Assembly: GCA_965220135.1 (NCBI GenBank)
Contig: OZ244802.1
Coordinates: 2,464,164 to 2,528,163 of the forward strand
Origin: Chloroflexota bacterium
GTDB lineage: Bacteria > Chloroflexota > UBA11872
Direction of reading: 5' to 3'
Length of the DNA: 64,000 nucleotides
The notes beneath the pieces are model-generated. The model searched no databases. It was not told the DNA's origin and saw only the letters and a program-made list of their open reading frames with translations. Shown here piece after piece: positions 37,981 to 47,024 of this stretch; position 1 is the first letter of the stretch; each line of letters opens with the position of its first letter. The position numbers and the translations under genes are program-made.

Positions 37981-38024
37981 CAACAACCCCGTTGCCAACA
38001 AATCTGTTGCCAACAATCTTGTTG
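37981..38024. promoter_or_regulatory. Three tandem CAAC-N6-GTTG palindromes, 15-bp period (putative operator)
   Basis: CAACAACCCCGTTG / CAACAAATCTGTTG / CAACAATCTTGTTG. Confidence 0.65.
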
Positions 38025-38042
38025 ACATGCTACGGTCCACTC

Positions 38043-39302
38043 ATGACCACCCAACTCAGAAAAGCTGGCGCCAACTGGGTCGACGGCGACCGGTTCTTTG
38101 ACCGTGAGGCTGAACTCGAAGAACTACGCGAGCGCGTCCAGAACGGCGCCCACACGCTCCTGACCGCGCAACGTCGCATGGGCAAGACCAGCCTCGTCCG
38201 CGAACTCCTGCGTCAATTGGAGGACGATGGGCACTACGCCACCGTTTTCGTTGACCTGGAAGCGGCGAACGACCCGGCTGACGCGATTGCCGAGATTGCG
38301 ATTCGGGCGAAACCGGTTCAGGCCGTCTGGCGACGAATCCAGTCCTTCTTCGCCAACCACCTTCGAACTGTCGGCGGCCGCATCGACGAGGTTGCGTTGT
38401 CCGAACTGAAGGTGAGGCTCCGCGCCGGCATTGACGCCGGAAACTGGCAGCATCAGGGCGATCAGGTCTTCGCAGCCCTGGCGGCGAGCGAAAGGCCGGT
38501 CGTGCTCGCCATCGACGAACCCCCCATCCTGGTCAACCGCCTGCTGAAGGGTGCTGACTACCGCCTGACCGCGGAGCGGAGAGCCGCAACGGACGAGTTT
38601 CTCGCCTGGCTCCGGAAGACCACCCAGGAGCATCGCGATGCGGTGGTTCTGATCCTCTCCGGGAGCGTCGGCCTCGAACCGGTCCTTCTCCAAGCCGACC
38701 TCAGCGCCCACGCCAACATCTATCAGCCCCTTGAGTTGCACCCCTGGAGCCACGACACGTCAAGCCAATGTCTCGCCGCCCTGGCGCAGACCTACAGCCT
38801 GGACCTTCCGGACGAAACGCGAGCAGAAATCTGCCGACAACTGCGTTGCTGCGTCCCTCACCACGTCCAGCAGTTCTTCGACTACCTGCACCAGCATCTC
38901 CGCCGGAACCACAGGAACTCGGCGACGATCGACGACATCCGGCTGGTGTACGAACGCGACTTTCTCGGAGTTCGCGGACAAGTCGACCTCGAGCATTACG
39001 AGGGGCGGCTGCGCATGGTGTTAGGGGTCGAGGGCTACACCACGGCGCTCGCTCTGCTCACCGAAGCCGCAGTCAATGATGGCCTCCTGACTGACAACGC
39101 GATCCGCCTCTACCGCAACGCAATTGCCTCATCAGGCACCGACAACACCGTTCCCATTGAAGTCGTGCTCTACTCGCTGGAACACGACGGTTATCTCGAA
39201 GTCCGTCCCGACGGTTATAGGTTCGTATCCAGGCTCCTTGAGGACTGGTGGCGTGCCCGACACGGCCGGTTCTTCACTCCCATCCAGGATCGACCCATAT
39301 AG
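38043..39302 (+). CDS. P-loop ATPase (archaeal-ATPase/STAND-like)
   Basis: FFDREAEL, Walker A AQRRMGKTS, Walker B VLAIDE, SGS, C-terminal LEHDGYL..YRF..LLEDWW. Confidence 0.88.
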   Translation: MTTQLRKAGANWVDGDRFFDREAELEELRERVQNGAHTLLTAQRRMGKTSLVRELLRQLEDDGHYATVFVDLEAANDPADAIAEIAIRAKPVQAVWRRIQSFFANHLRTVGGRIDEVALSELKVRLRAGIDAGNWQHQGDQVFAALAASERPVVLAIDEPPILVNRLLKGADYRLTAERRAATDEFLAWLRKTTQEHRDAVVLILSGSVGLEPVLLQADLSAHANIYQPLELHPWSHDTSSQCLAALAQTYSLDLPDETRAEICRQLRCCVPHHVQQFFDYLHQHLRRNHRNSATIDDIRLVYERDFLGVRGQVDLEHYEGRLRMVLGVEGYTTALALLTEAAVNDGLLTDNAIRLYRNAIASSGTDNTVPIEVVLYSLEHDGYLEVRPDGYRFVSRLLEDWWRARHGRFFTPIQDRPI

Positions 39303-39317
39303 AAGGAATTAGCTGCA

Positions 39318-41420
39318 ATGGCGGTAGCAGTTAAGAAATACAATCCCGGCTTCCTGAGCGACGACGAGATCGTTGCGTCGTTCTGCGTCAGAACCGCGGA
39401 ATTCGATACGCTCGTCGAGTCCCTGCGCGAATGCGACGCCAGCTCCAGCCCACACTCGCTGGTCATTGGACCCCGCGGCAGCGGCAAGACCCACCTGCTG
39501 CTTCGGGTTGCCGCCGAAGTAAGGCGTAACCCTGCCCTTTCTGGACTCTTTCCAGTCTCATTTGCCGAAGAAAGCTACGAGGTCACGACCTGCGGCGAAT
39601 TCTGGCTGGAGTGCCTGGGCCGTCTGGCCGACCAGGGACCCAGCGAGGAGCGCGACAACCTGCGCCTTACGTATGACGAGCTTCGCACCGTCACCGACGA
39701 TCAATCATTAGCCGACCGCTGTATCGGCTCCCTGCTTGACTTCGCGGATCGTCATGAGACGCGCCTGTTATTGCTCGTTGAAAACCTCAACATGCTCTTC
39801 AACGACATCAGCGACCCCGATGTCGGCTGGCGGCTGCGCCAGCCCCTCCAAACCGAGCCCCGCTTCATCCTCTTAGGCAGCGCCACCAGCCGCTTCGACG
39901 AAATCGACAACCCCGACCACGCCCTCTACGACCTCTTCCGCATCATCACCCTGCACCCACTCGACACCGCCGAATGCCACGCTCTTTGGCAATCCGTTGC
40001 TGGCAGGTGCTCCACCACCGAGGCAGTTCGGCCACTTGAGATCCTCACCGGCGGCAACTCCCGCCTCCTGACCATCATCGCCCGCTTCGGCGCCGACCGC
40101 TCCTTCCGCGACCTCATGGAAAACCTCCTTCACCTCGTCGACGACCACACCGAGTACTTCAAAAGCCACCTCGAGGCCTTGCCTGCCCAGGAACGCCGTG
40201 TCTACCTAGCCCTCGCCCGCCTCTGGAAACCCTCCACCACCAGGGACATCGCCAATCTCGCCCGTCTCAACACCAGCACTTGCAGCGCCCAACTTAAGCG
40301 CCTCGTCGAACGTGGTGCCGTCACCATCGAAGGCGGCACTCCCCGCCGACGCCAGTACTACCTCACCGAGCGCCTCTACAACATCTACTACTTGCTCCGC
40401 CGAGGCACGGGCACTGACAGTGTCGTTCAAGCCTTGATCGAGTTTATGGTGTGCCTGTATTCGCCATCTGAGATTAGAGACATAGTCGCCAGTCTCCTGG
40501 AGTCATCGTATGACTTCAGTGTTCTTTCCGAGATGATTGGCCCGGAGATAGCCAGCACCCTGCTGAACGAGGCGAATGCACTTCAGGAGATGGGAAGGTA
40601 CGACGACGCTATCGCGCTCTACGACCAAGTGATTGAGAGATTTGGACCTGGTCGCGCCGGAAGCGAACTGCAGGTAGGTGTCGCCCTAACAAACAAATCG
40701 TCGCTTCTCATTCAGCTTGGTCGCAGCCACGAAGCTATCGTCACTTGCGAGGAAGTCATGGGCAAGTACCAAACTGACCGGGATGTGTCCTCAGCGGTGC
40801 TTTCGGTATCTGCGCTTTGGGTTAAAGGTTCGGCACTTTTCGTCGTGGACAGTCCTGCCATGGCTCTTGATTCCTTCAATCGCGCGTTGGCGCAAGTCGA
40901 CACTCTCGATGCTCCGATCCCTAACTTCATTTTGGCCGGCCTTCTTCATAGCAAGGGACTGGTTTTGGTTCGGCTTAGTGAGCTTGACAGTGCGCTCGCC
41001 ACATTCGACGAGGCGTTGACACGATACGGCATGGACGTGGAACTTCAGCAGAACGGCACGACAGCAATGATATTGATAAGCAAGGCCCTCGTCTTGGATC
41101 AATTCGGTCATACGATTAGCCTGACTGATTTCTCGTGGCTACTTGAGAGCCTGGCCAAGCACGGCAGCGTTCTGCCCGGCACTAGTGAGGCGCTGACTCC
41201 CTTGGTTGCCGCCCTTGAACCGTCTACGGCCCTCGGCCTCCTCCAGGCCTCACCCGCAGCTCACCTCCTTCTGCCTCTGATCACCGCCCTCCAACAGGAG
41301 CTCGGACAGACCTCCGAAGTCGCGAAGGAGGTCGCTGAAGTCGCTCGCGATGTGCGGGCCCGACTGGCCGAGGCCAGAGCCGAGCAGACAGAATCCCGGG
41401 CCGAAGAGGGTGCACCATGA
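39318..41420 (+). CDS. STAND-like ATPase with winged helix and TPR repeats
   Basis: GPRGSGKTH, LLLVENL, TGGNSR, wHTH SAQLKRLVERG, TPR-like GRYDDAIALYDQVI. Confidence 0.85.
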   Translation: MAVAVKKYNPGFLSDDEIVASFCVRTAEFDTLVESLRECDASSSPHSLVIGPRGSGKTHLLLRVAAEVRRNPALSGLFPVSFAEESYEVTTCGEFWLECLGRLADQGPSEERDNLRLTYDELRTVTDDQSLADRCIGSLLDFADRHETRLLLLVENLNMLFNDISDPDVGWRLRQPLQTEPRFILLGSATSRFDEIDNPDHALYDLFRIITLHPLDTAECHALWQSVAGRCSTTEAVRPLEILTGGNSRLLTIIARFGADRSFRDLMENLLHLVDDHTEYFKSHLEALPAQERRVYLALARLWKPSTTRDIANLARLNTSTCSAQLKRLVERGAVTIEGGTPRRRQYYLTERLYNIYYLLRRGTGTDSVVQALIEFMVCLYSPSEIRDIVASLLESSYDFSVLSEMIGPEIASTLLNEANALQEMGRYDDAIALYDQVIERFGPGRAGSELQVGVALTNKSSLLIQLGRSHEAIVTCEEVMGKYQTDRDVSSAVLSVSALWVKGSALFVVDSPAMALDSFNRALAQVDTLDAPIPNFILAGLLHSKGLVLVRLSELDSALATFDEALTRYGMDVELQQNGTTAMILISKALVLDQFGHTISLTDFSWLLESLAKHGSVLPGTSEALTPLVAALEPSTALGLLQASPAAHLLLPLITALQQELGQTSEVAKEVAEVARDVRARLAEARAEQTESRAEEGAP

Positions 41421-41455
41421 ATCACGCCGCGACTGACGAGGCAGAGAGCGTGGCC

Positions 41456-41779
41456 CTACTGCATCGGCGAAAATCCCGTCGGGGTCATATAGCTATTGAT
41501 CACCCGTGCCACGATATGCCCGCTGGCTTCCGTCTTGGCTCGGACTTCTAGCCACTCCGGGTCGGACTGGAACGCCGTCCACTTGGCCTCGCGGTCGGCC
41601 TGGCTGTCGAAGCGGGTGATGTAGACCAGCCGGTCGCTGCGCCCCACCACCTCCTGCCAGAACCCCACCACCTCGATGTCCAGGCGTTCGAAGATGCGCA
41701 TCGTGTGCTGGGAGAAGCGGGCCATGATGGCGTCCATCCGTCCGGGCAGGATTTCGTAGATCCGCAGTTCGTAGAGCAT
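41456..41779 (-). CDS. NIPSNAP family protein
   Basis: YELRIY..PG, VVGFW, WTAFQSDPEW, PTGFSP. Confidence 0.92.
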   Translation of the reverse strand: MLYELRIYEILPGRMDAIMARFSQHTMRIFERLDIEVVGFWQEVVGRSDRLVYITRFDSQADREAKWTAFQSDPEWLEVRAKTEASGHIVARVINSYMTPTGFSPMQ

Positions 41780-41891
41780 CGGCTGGCGTCCTCGATTAAC
41801 GAGCTTCGTCGCAGCATGCCCCACCGTCCCGCCGCTTGCGTACTATGGCCGCCCGGCACTTCGCCAGGAACGCACGGAGGGTCAGGTCGCG

Positions 41892-42329
41892 GTGTACGCC
41901 ATCGTCATCGGCTGCGGGCGCGCCGGCGCCGAAATCGCCAGCCGTATGTGCGAGCAGGGTCACTCCGTGGTGGTGATTGACCGCGACCGCGCGGCCTTCC
42001 ACCGGCTCTCGGACAGCTTCTCCGGCACCACCATCGTCGGCCATGCCATTGACGAGGACTGCCTCGTCTCCGCCGGTATCGAGCGAGCCGACGCCCTGAT
42101 CGCCACCACCTACGGCGACAACTCCAACCTCATCGCCGTCCAACTGGCCCGCAAGCGCTTCAACGTCCAGCGCGCCATCGCCCGCGTCAAGGATTCGGTG
42201 CGGGCCTCAGCCTTCGAACGGTTGGGCTTCGAGACCATTCCCTCTACCACCATCGTTGGCGACGCCTTCGAGCAGGCCCTGGGCTGGGAGCCGCATCAGC
42301 CCAACGGCTCCCCGGAGAACGGGAGTTAA
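41892..42329 (+). CDS. TrkA family RCK-N protein
   Basis: IVIGCGRAG, AGIERAD, GDNSN. Confidence 0.88.
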   Translation: MYAIVIGCGRAGAEIASRMCEQGHSVVVIDRDRAAFHRLSDSFSGTTIVGHAIDEDCLVSAGIERADALIATTYGDNSNLIAVQLARKRFNVQRAIARVKDSVRASAFERLGFETIPSTTIVGDAFEQALGWEPHQPNGSPENGS

Positions 42330-42335
42330 TTCCTC

Positions 42336-43010
42336 GTGTTCGTCATCATCGCCGGTGGCGGCAAGGTTGGCGGTCAGCTTGCGCGCGACCTTATGGCCGA
42401 GCGCCACGAGGTCGTGGTCATGGAATCCAACCCCGGCAAGGCGCGCGCGCTGCAGGACGAAATCGGCGACGCCGTCGTTCCGCACGACGCCTCCGAGGGC
42501 CGCTGGCTCATCGATGCCGGCATCGGCCGCGCCGACCTCCTGATCGCGGTCACCGGCGACGACGAGGACAACATCGTCATCTGCCAACTCGGCGAGGCTC
42601 TCTCCGAGGGTCGCGCCCGCACCATCACCCGCATCAACAACCCCAAGAACAGCGACACCTTCCGCACCCTCGGCATCGAAGCCATCGTCAACGCCACCGA
42701 CCTGGTGATGACCATGATCGAGCGCGACGTCAGTGTCGCCCCGGTCGTCCACCTCATGCGCCTGCGCAGCGCCGGCCTGGAGCTGGTGGAAATGACCGTG
42801 GCCGAAGGATCGGCGGCCGACGGCGCCACCCCGGAAGAGTTACGGCTGCCCGAGCAGGGCGGGCGTATCAGCGTCATCCTGCGCAATGGCGAGGCCGTGT
42901 TTCCCTCGCCAACCACCCGCCTGCACGCCGGTGACTCGATCGTGCTCGTCGCTCAGACCGAGTTCGAAGAAGCTCTCGGCCGCCAGTTCGCGGCCCCCAC
43001 CATCGTCTAG
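42336..43010 (+). CDS. TrkA family RCK-N plus RCK-C protein
   Basis: IIAGGGKVG, AVTGDDEDN, LHAGD. Confidence 0.9.
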   Translation: MFVIIAGGGKVGGQLARDLMAERHEVVVMESNPGKARALQDEIGDAVVPHDASEGRWLIDAGIGRADLLIAVTGDDEDNIVICQLGEALSEGRARTITRINNPKNSDTFRTLGIEAIVNATDLVMTMIERDVSVAPVVHLMRLRSAGLELVEMTVAEGSAADGATPEELRLPEQGGRISVILRNGEAVFPSPTTRLHAGDSIVLVAQTEFEEALGRQFAAPTIV

Positions 43011-43184
43011 CGCTAGCACCCGTACGCGCGGATCCGGCTGGCCGAGCGTCCATTCCTGCGATGCGTAGGCCCAGGCTGCATGGCCCGACTGGAGCCGTTC
43101 GTACGAACCGGGCGGCGGGACTCCCCGACGGAAGTCGGCCAGACGCGGGCTGGAACCCGCCGTAAGATCTTCCGCAGCAAAACA

Positions 43185-44585
43185 ATGTCCCTGTTCAACC
43201 GCTCCGGCTGGGCTGGCCGCCTGCTCATCGGCGCTGTGACCTTCTGGTGGGGCGGCGTCGTGGCGCCTCGTCTCATCAGTCTGGCGGCGCCGGCACGCCT
43301 GCCGCCCGAGGCAATTCCCGCATGGACTGACCCTCATTGGGACGGGCAACTCGCAGACCTGGTCTTGGCCGCATCCCTGCTCAGCGCGGCTCTCTTGTCA
43401 CTGGCGGCTTGCCTCCGACCAGGAACCCCGCGGGCCGGGCTTTTTGCGCGCGGCGGCTGGGCGACTCTCGCCGCGACCGTCCTGTATCTCAGTTGGGCGG
43501 AAATCTCGGACCTCCACCTGCTGGGCCTGGGTCGCCTGCAGCTGGAGGTGCTCGGAGCGCGCCTGTTCGAGTCGTCGCAAGCACGCGCCTCGGTCGCCGG
43601 CTTTTACCCGCTGATCCTCGTGTTTGTTCTGGGGATGAGCTTGTTCCTGTGGAAGGGAGTGCGTGACCGGTCGATTCGGTTCCTGCTGGCCGTTGGCCTT
43701 CTCGCCTGGTTTTTCGCCGTTGTGCTCGATGAGACCTATTACGGACTGTCTCAGGGCGCAGCCACCGATCTGGTCTGGCTCTGCGAAGAAACCTTGGAGT
43801 TCAGCGGAGCCCTGCTGGTTGGATGGGCCGCGGTCGTGGCCTTGAGACAAAGAGTCCGCCTGGCAGATCGTGGTGCTGCCGATTGCTGGCGCAAGCCCCT
43901 GCTTCTGTCGGCGCTCGTCGTCACCCTTCTCGGCAGCCTTGCGTTAGCGCTTCTCTTTCGGCCTCCGCTGGCCGACTCCAGGTCCCCGCCAAACTCCCGC
44001 GCCGGAGCATTTGACATGGTCCTGTCTGACGACGGTTCCGTTCTTCAGGAACTCGGCGTGCTTCCCGCGCCGCTCGGAGGCGTTGACTTGCGCATGTCGA
44101 GCAATGATCCGTCTGGGCGCGGGCACGCCATTTGGCGCGTAGCACGTGTCGGCACCGAAGGTCCCGGTCGCTTCGTGGTCCAGGGGCGAACGGAGTTGCC
44201 TGGCGGAACTATCCCCCGTGAAATCTCGCTTACCTTTCCGCCAATCGCGGATGCGACCGTGCGCTCGTTAGCCATTCAGGTCGTGGCCGACGTGGCGTTG
44301 GGTTCCGACCTACGAATCGGCGCCACGAACAGTGACCGTTACCGGGAAGGGATGCTCTGGATCAATGGCGAGGCTGTTTGGCCGGACCAGAACCTCGAAT
44401 TCGTAGCCTACGGTGCCCCTGAACTCTCGTTGGACAAGCTGCGCGCGCTCGGCCATCTGTTTGCACTGGGCTGGCGTTGGCCTTCGTTGCTGGCTCTGCT
44501 TTGGGCTTCCCTGATCCTGGTCTGTTTCGTCCCGTCCCTTCTAACGACTGAGGCACTCCGCCAAACTGGTGCCATCCGCGGCTAG
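43185..44585 (+). CDS. Hypothetical multi-pass membrane protein with C-terminal extracellular domain
   Basis: LYLSWAEISDLH and EETLEFSG membrane motifs; beta-rich C-terminal domain. Confidence 0.7.
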   Translation: MSLFNRSGWAGRLLIGAVTFWWGGVVAPRLISLAAPARLPPEAIPAWTDPHWDGQLADLVLAASLLSAALLSLAACLRPGTPRAGLFARGGWATLAATVLYLSWAEISDLHLLGLGRLQLEVLGARLFESSQARASVAGFYPLILVFVLGMSLFLWKGVRDRSIRFLLAVGLLAWFFAVVLDETYYGLSQGAATDLVWLCEETLEFSGALLVGWAAVVALRQRVRLADRGAADCWRKPLLLSALVVTLLGSLALALLFRPPLADSRSPPNSRAGAFDMVLSDDGSVLQELGVLPAPLGGVDLRMSSNDPSGRGHAIWRVARVGTEGPGRFVVQGRTELPGGTIPREISLTFPPIADATVRSLAIQVVADVALGSDLRIGATNSDRYREGMLWINGEAVWPDQNLEFVAYGAPELSLDKLRALGHLFALGWRWPSLLALLWASLILVCFVPSLLTTEALRQTGAIRG

Positions 44586-44688
44586 CGTCGCCGTACCTGC
44601 CAGCCCCGGGGCAGCGCGCCGCCCACCCGTTCGCTAACCGCGGCTCAATCGCGCCCTACGCTTGCCCACGGTAATCGGGGCGGGTGAA

Positions 44689-44881
44689 GTCCAGCGTCGC
44701 TCTCCGCTGTGCCCTGGACGCCGTCTGCCAGGGTTGAGCACGGCTGCAGGAACACACGTCAGGACTGTCGCCGCCTGCGCCAGCCCGCAGCTCGAGAGTT
44801 CAATCACCAACTGCGTGAACAACAGCCGCCACCCGGGTTCAACGGATGTGACACGCATTGGAGCAGTGCGCGCCGAAGGAC
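44689..44881 (+). ncRNA. ssrS: Probable 6S RNA
   Basis: About 190-nt rod: GTCC/GGAC, CTCCGCTGTG/CGCATTGGAG, TTGAGC/GGGTTCAA, CGGCTG/CAGCCG; G:U pairs favour + strand; intergenic. Confidence 0.5.
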
Positions 44882-44917
44882 CGGCGTCGTGAGGTAGCGC
44901 GGCACTGGCCGCAGTTT

Positions 44918-45670
44918 CTACGAGCTTCCGGCCTCGGTCGGGGTCTCGACGGCGCCCTCCGGCGCTTCCTCGGACGGCTCGGCGCCTTCCTCCAGCGGAA
45001 TCTCCTCCAGCTCGTCCACTTCCTCGTCCTCTTCCACGGTGCGCGCCGCCGTCACCTGAACAACGATCACATCCGGATCGTCCAGCGGCTCGTAGGTGCC
45101 GTCCTCGGCCCTCAGGTCTCCCACGACCACCTCGTCGCCCACGTCAACAAGATCGGACACGTCGGCGATCAGGCTTGACGGAATCTCGATAGGAAGGGCT
45201 GAGACCTCCACCTCTTGCAGGTGATGAATTACCACCAGCTCCGAGTTATCGCTAGCCGGCGCGCGACCCTCCAGCGTCACCCGCACCATCACGTTGATCG
45301 CCTTCGTGAGGTCAACCTTGCGCAGCGTCAGATGCACCAGGCGGTTCGTCAGGGTGTCGATCTCCACCGAATCCATCAGCACCGGCTCGCTGATATCCGG
45401 CGACTCCAGGTCCACCAGGTGGCCGGTCGCCTGGGCGCGAACCAGGTCGGCCAGCTCCCGCTCCGACACCTGCATGGCAATTGATGCATGCCCCGCCTGC
45501 ACCAGGTTGGCCGGAATTACGCCTTCCCGCCGCAGGCGTCGCACTTTCTTGCCCAGGACGGTGCGGGGTTCCGCCGCCAGGCGATGACGTTCGGGCACGG
45601 CTGACTGCTCCTCGGATCGGGCGGCGGCGCGACCTCGCGAAAAAACTCTGGGTCGGCGCGGAAACGACAC
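44918..45670 (-). CDS. rplY: 50S ribosomal protein L25 (Ctc); start uncertain
   Basis: GKKVRRLRREGVIPA, EVEVSALP.EIP, acidic tail. Confidence 0.92.
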   Translation of the reverse strand: MSFPRRPRVFSRGRAAARSEEQSAVPERHRLAAEPRTVLGKKVRRLRREGVIPANLVQAGHASIAMQVSERELADLVRAQATGHLVDLESPDISEPVLMDSVEIDTLTNRLVHLTLRKVDLTKAINVMVRVTLEGRAPASDNSELVVIHHLQEVEVSALPIEIPSSLIADVSDLVDVGDEVVVGDLRAEDGTYEPLDDPDVIVVQVTAARTVEEDEEVDELEEIPLEEGAEPSEEAPEGAVETPTEAGSS

Positions 45671-45760
45671 GCAGCGCCGCTACCGGAGAGTCTAGAAAGG
45701 CGCCCCGCCGGGCGTCAACGGTTCGTATGGCGTCGCGCGGGCGTGGCGAGATTGTGGACA

Positions 45761-46021
45761 ATGGGCCGCCGGCGCTTCAGAAGCGCCCGCTTGCCGCAAG
45801 AAACTGGTGACCACTTGGCTTCCCGACGACGCGTATCGCTCAGCGACCTGTATGCCGATGCCTGCCGGCGCATGGACATCACGCCGGAGGAGGCGCTCGG
45901 CTGCGAACGCCAGCCTGACCGCCTGCGCTTGATGATCACCCAGGACCGCTGGGTGGACTTCGAACTGGTCGACGACCCGGAAAACGACCGCTTGGTGCTC
46001 GGGGCAACCCTGGACTCGTAG
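45761..46021 (+). CDS. Small hypothetical protein
   Basis: Fills the gap between rplY and the UbiA gene; protein-like C-terminal half. Confidence 0.5.
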   Translation: MGRRRFRSARLPQETGDHLASRRRVSLSDLYADACRRMDITPEEALGCERQPDRLRLMITQDRWVDFELVDDPENDRLVLGATLDS

Positions 46022-46090
46022 CAGCGTCACGCGTGGGGCCTGCTGCGGCCCCGCCACCGCGAACCCTCCGGGTTCCCGTCCGTTCCGACC

Positions 46091-47008
46091 CTACGCCCCG
46101 CCAAACTGAAGAATCGCCCAACTCACGGCGACCCACACAACCACCGACGCCAGGATCCCCGGGTCGCCTAGCAGCACCCGCTCGGGCTCCTCGCCGGATC
46201 CGTTGTTCTGCAACAGATAGACGTAGCGCAAGATCCCGTACAGCACGATCGGAACCGTAATCATCATCAGGTGGTTCGCCGGCAGGTTGGGTGCCGAAAA
46301 CGTGTACAGGGCGTAGCTGAGCGGGGCCGCCGCGGCCGTTATCACGACCAGCGTGTGCAGAAACTCCGCCGTGTATCGATCCAGCACCGGTCGGGCCGCG
46401 GAAGACCGCGCTTCACCGGCTAGCTCGGCCCACCGCTTCCCCACGGCCAGGAACAGCGCCAGCAGGAAGGTGCAGGTATAAAGCCAGGGCGAAACCGGCA
46501 CCTCGATCACCAGGGCGCCGGCCACCGCCCGAATCACGAAACCGATCGCGATGGCCAGCAAATCCAGAATCACCAGGTGCTTGAGCACCAGCGAATAGCC
46601 CACTTGTAGGCCCAGGTACACCGCCAGCGCCACGCCGAACGGCCAGGCCAGCACGGCCGCCAGCGCCACCGCCGCGGCCGAGACTACGATCCCGGTACCC
46701 ACGGCCAGGCCAACCGGCACCAGCCCGGCCGCGATTGGACGATGACGCTTCACCGGGTGCTCGCGGTCGCGCGTCGCGTCAATAGCGTCGTTCAGCAGGT
46801 ACAGGCCCGCGGTGGCGAGCGTGAAGATGGCCGCCGCCGCCACGGCCGCCAGCAAGCTGGAACTCTGGTGGTACTCGCCCGAAAACAGCACGGCCGCCAG
46901 CACCAGCAGGTTCTTCGGCCACTGCCGCGGCCGGCTGCTGCGAGCCAGCCCGATCAGGCGAGCCGGCAGCCCCGGCCCTGGTTCACGGGTACCCGAGGTC
47001 GATGTCAT
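46091..47008 (-). CDS. UbiA family decaprenyl-phosphate phosphoribosyltransferase-like protein
   Basis: RPRQWPKN, YLLNDAID..DREHPVKRHRPIAAG, GKRWAEL. Confidence 0.92.
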   Translation of the reverse strand: MTSTSGTREPGPGLPARLIGLARSSRPRQWPKNLLVLAAVLFSGEYHQSSSLLAAVAAAAIFTLATAGLYLLNDAIDATRDREHPVKRHRPIAAGLVPVGLAVGTGIVVSAAAVALAAVLAWPFGVALAVYLGLQVGYSLVLKHLVILDLLAIAIGFVIRAVAGALVIEVPVSPWLYTCTFLLALFLAVGKRWAELAGEARSSAARPVLDRYTAEFLHTLVVITAAAAPLSYALYTFSAPNLPANHLMMITVPIVLYGILRYVYLLQNNGSGEEPERVLLGDPGILASVVVWVAVSWAILQFGGA

Positions 47009-47024
47009 GAGCGGATCGCTCGCG

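Noticed and set aside
36760-41455. tRNA-Ala-anchored integrative element
   Set aside because: No integrase and no duplicated tRNA 3' end found
45753-45761. DnaA-box-like TTGTCCACA here (reverse strand) and at 49928-49936
   Set aside because: Isolated 9-mers with no cluster or AT-rich unwinding element; may be chance
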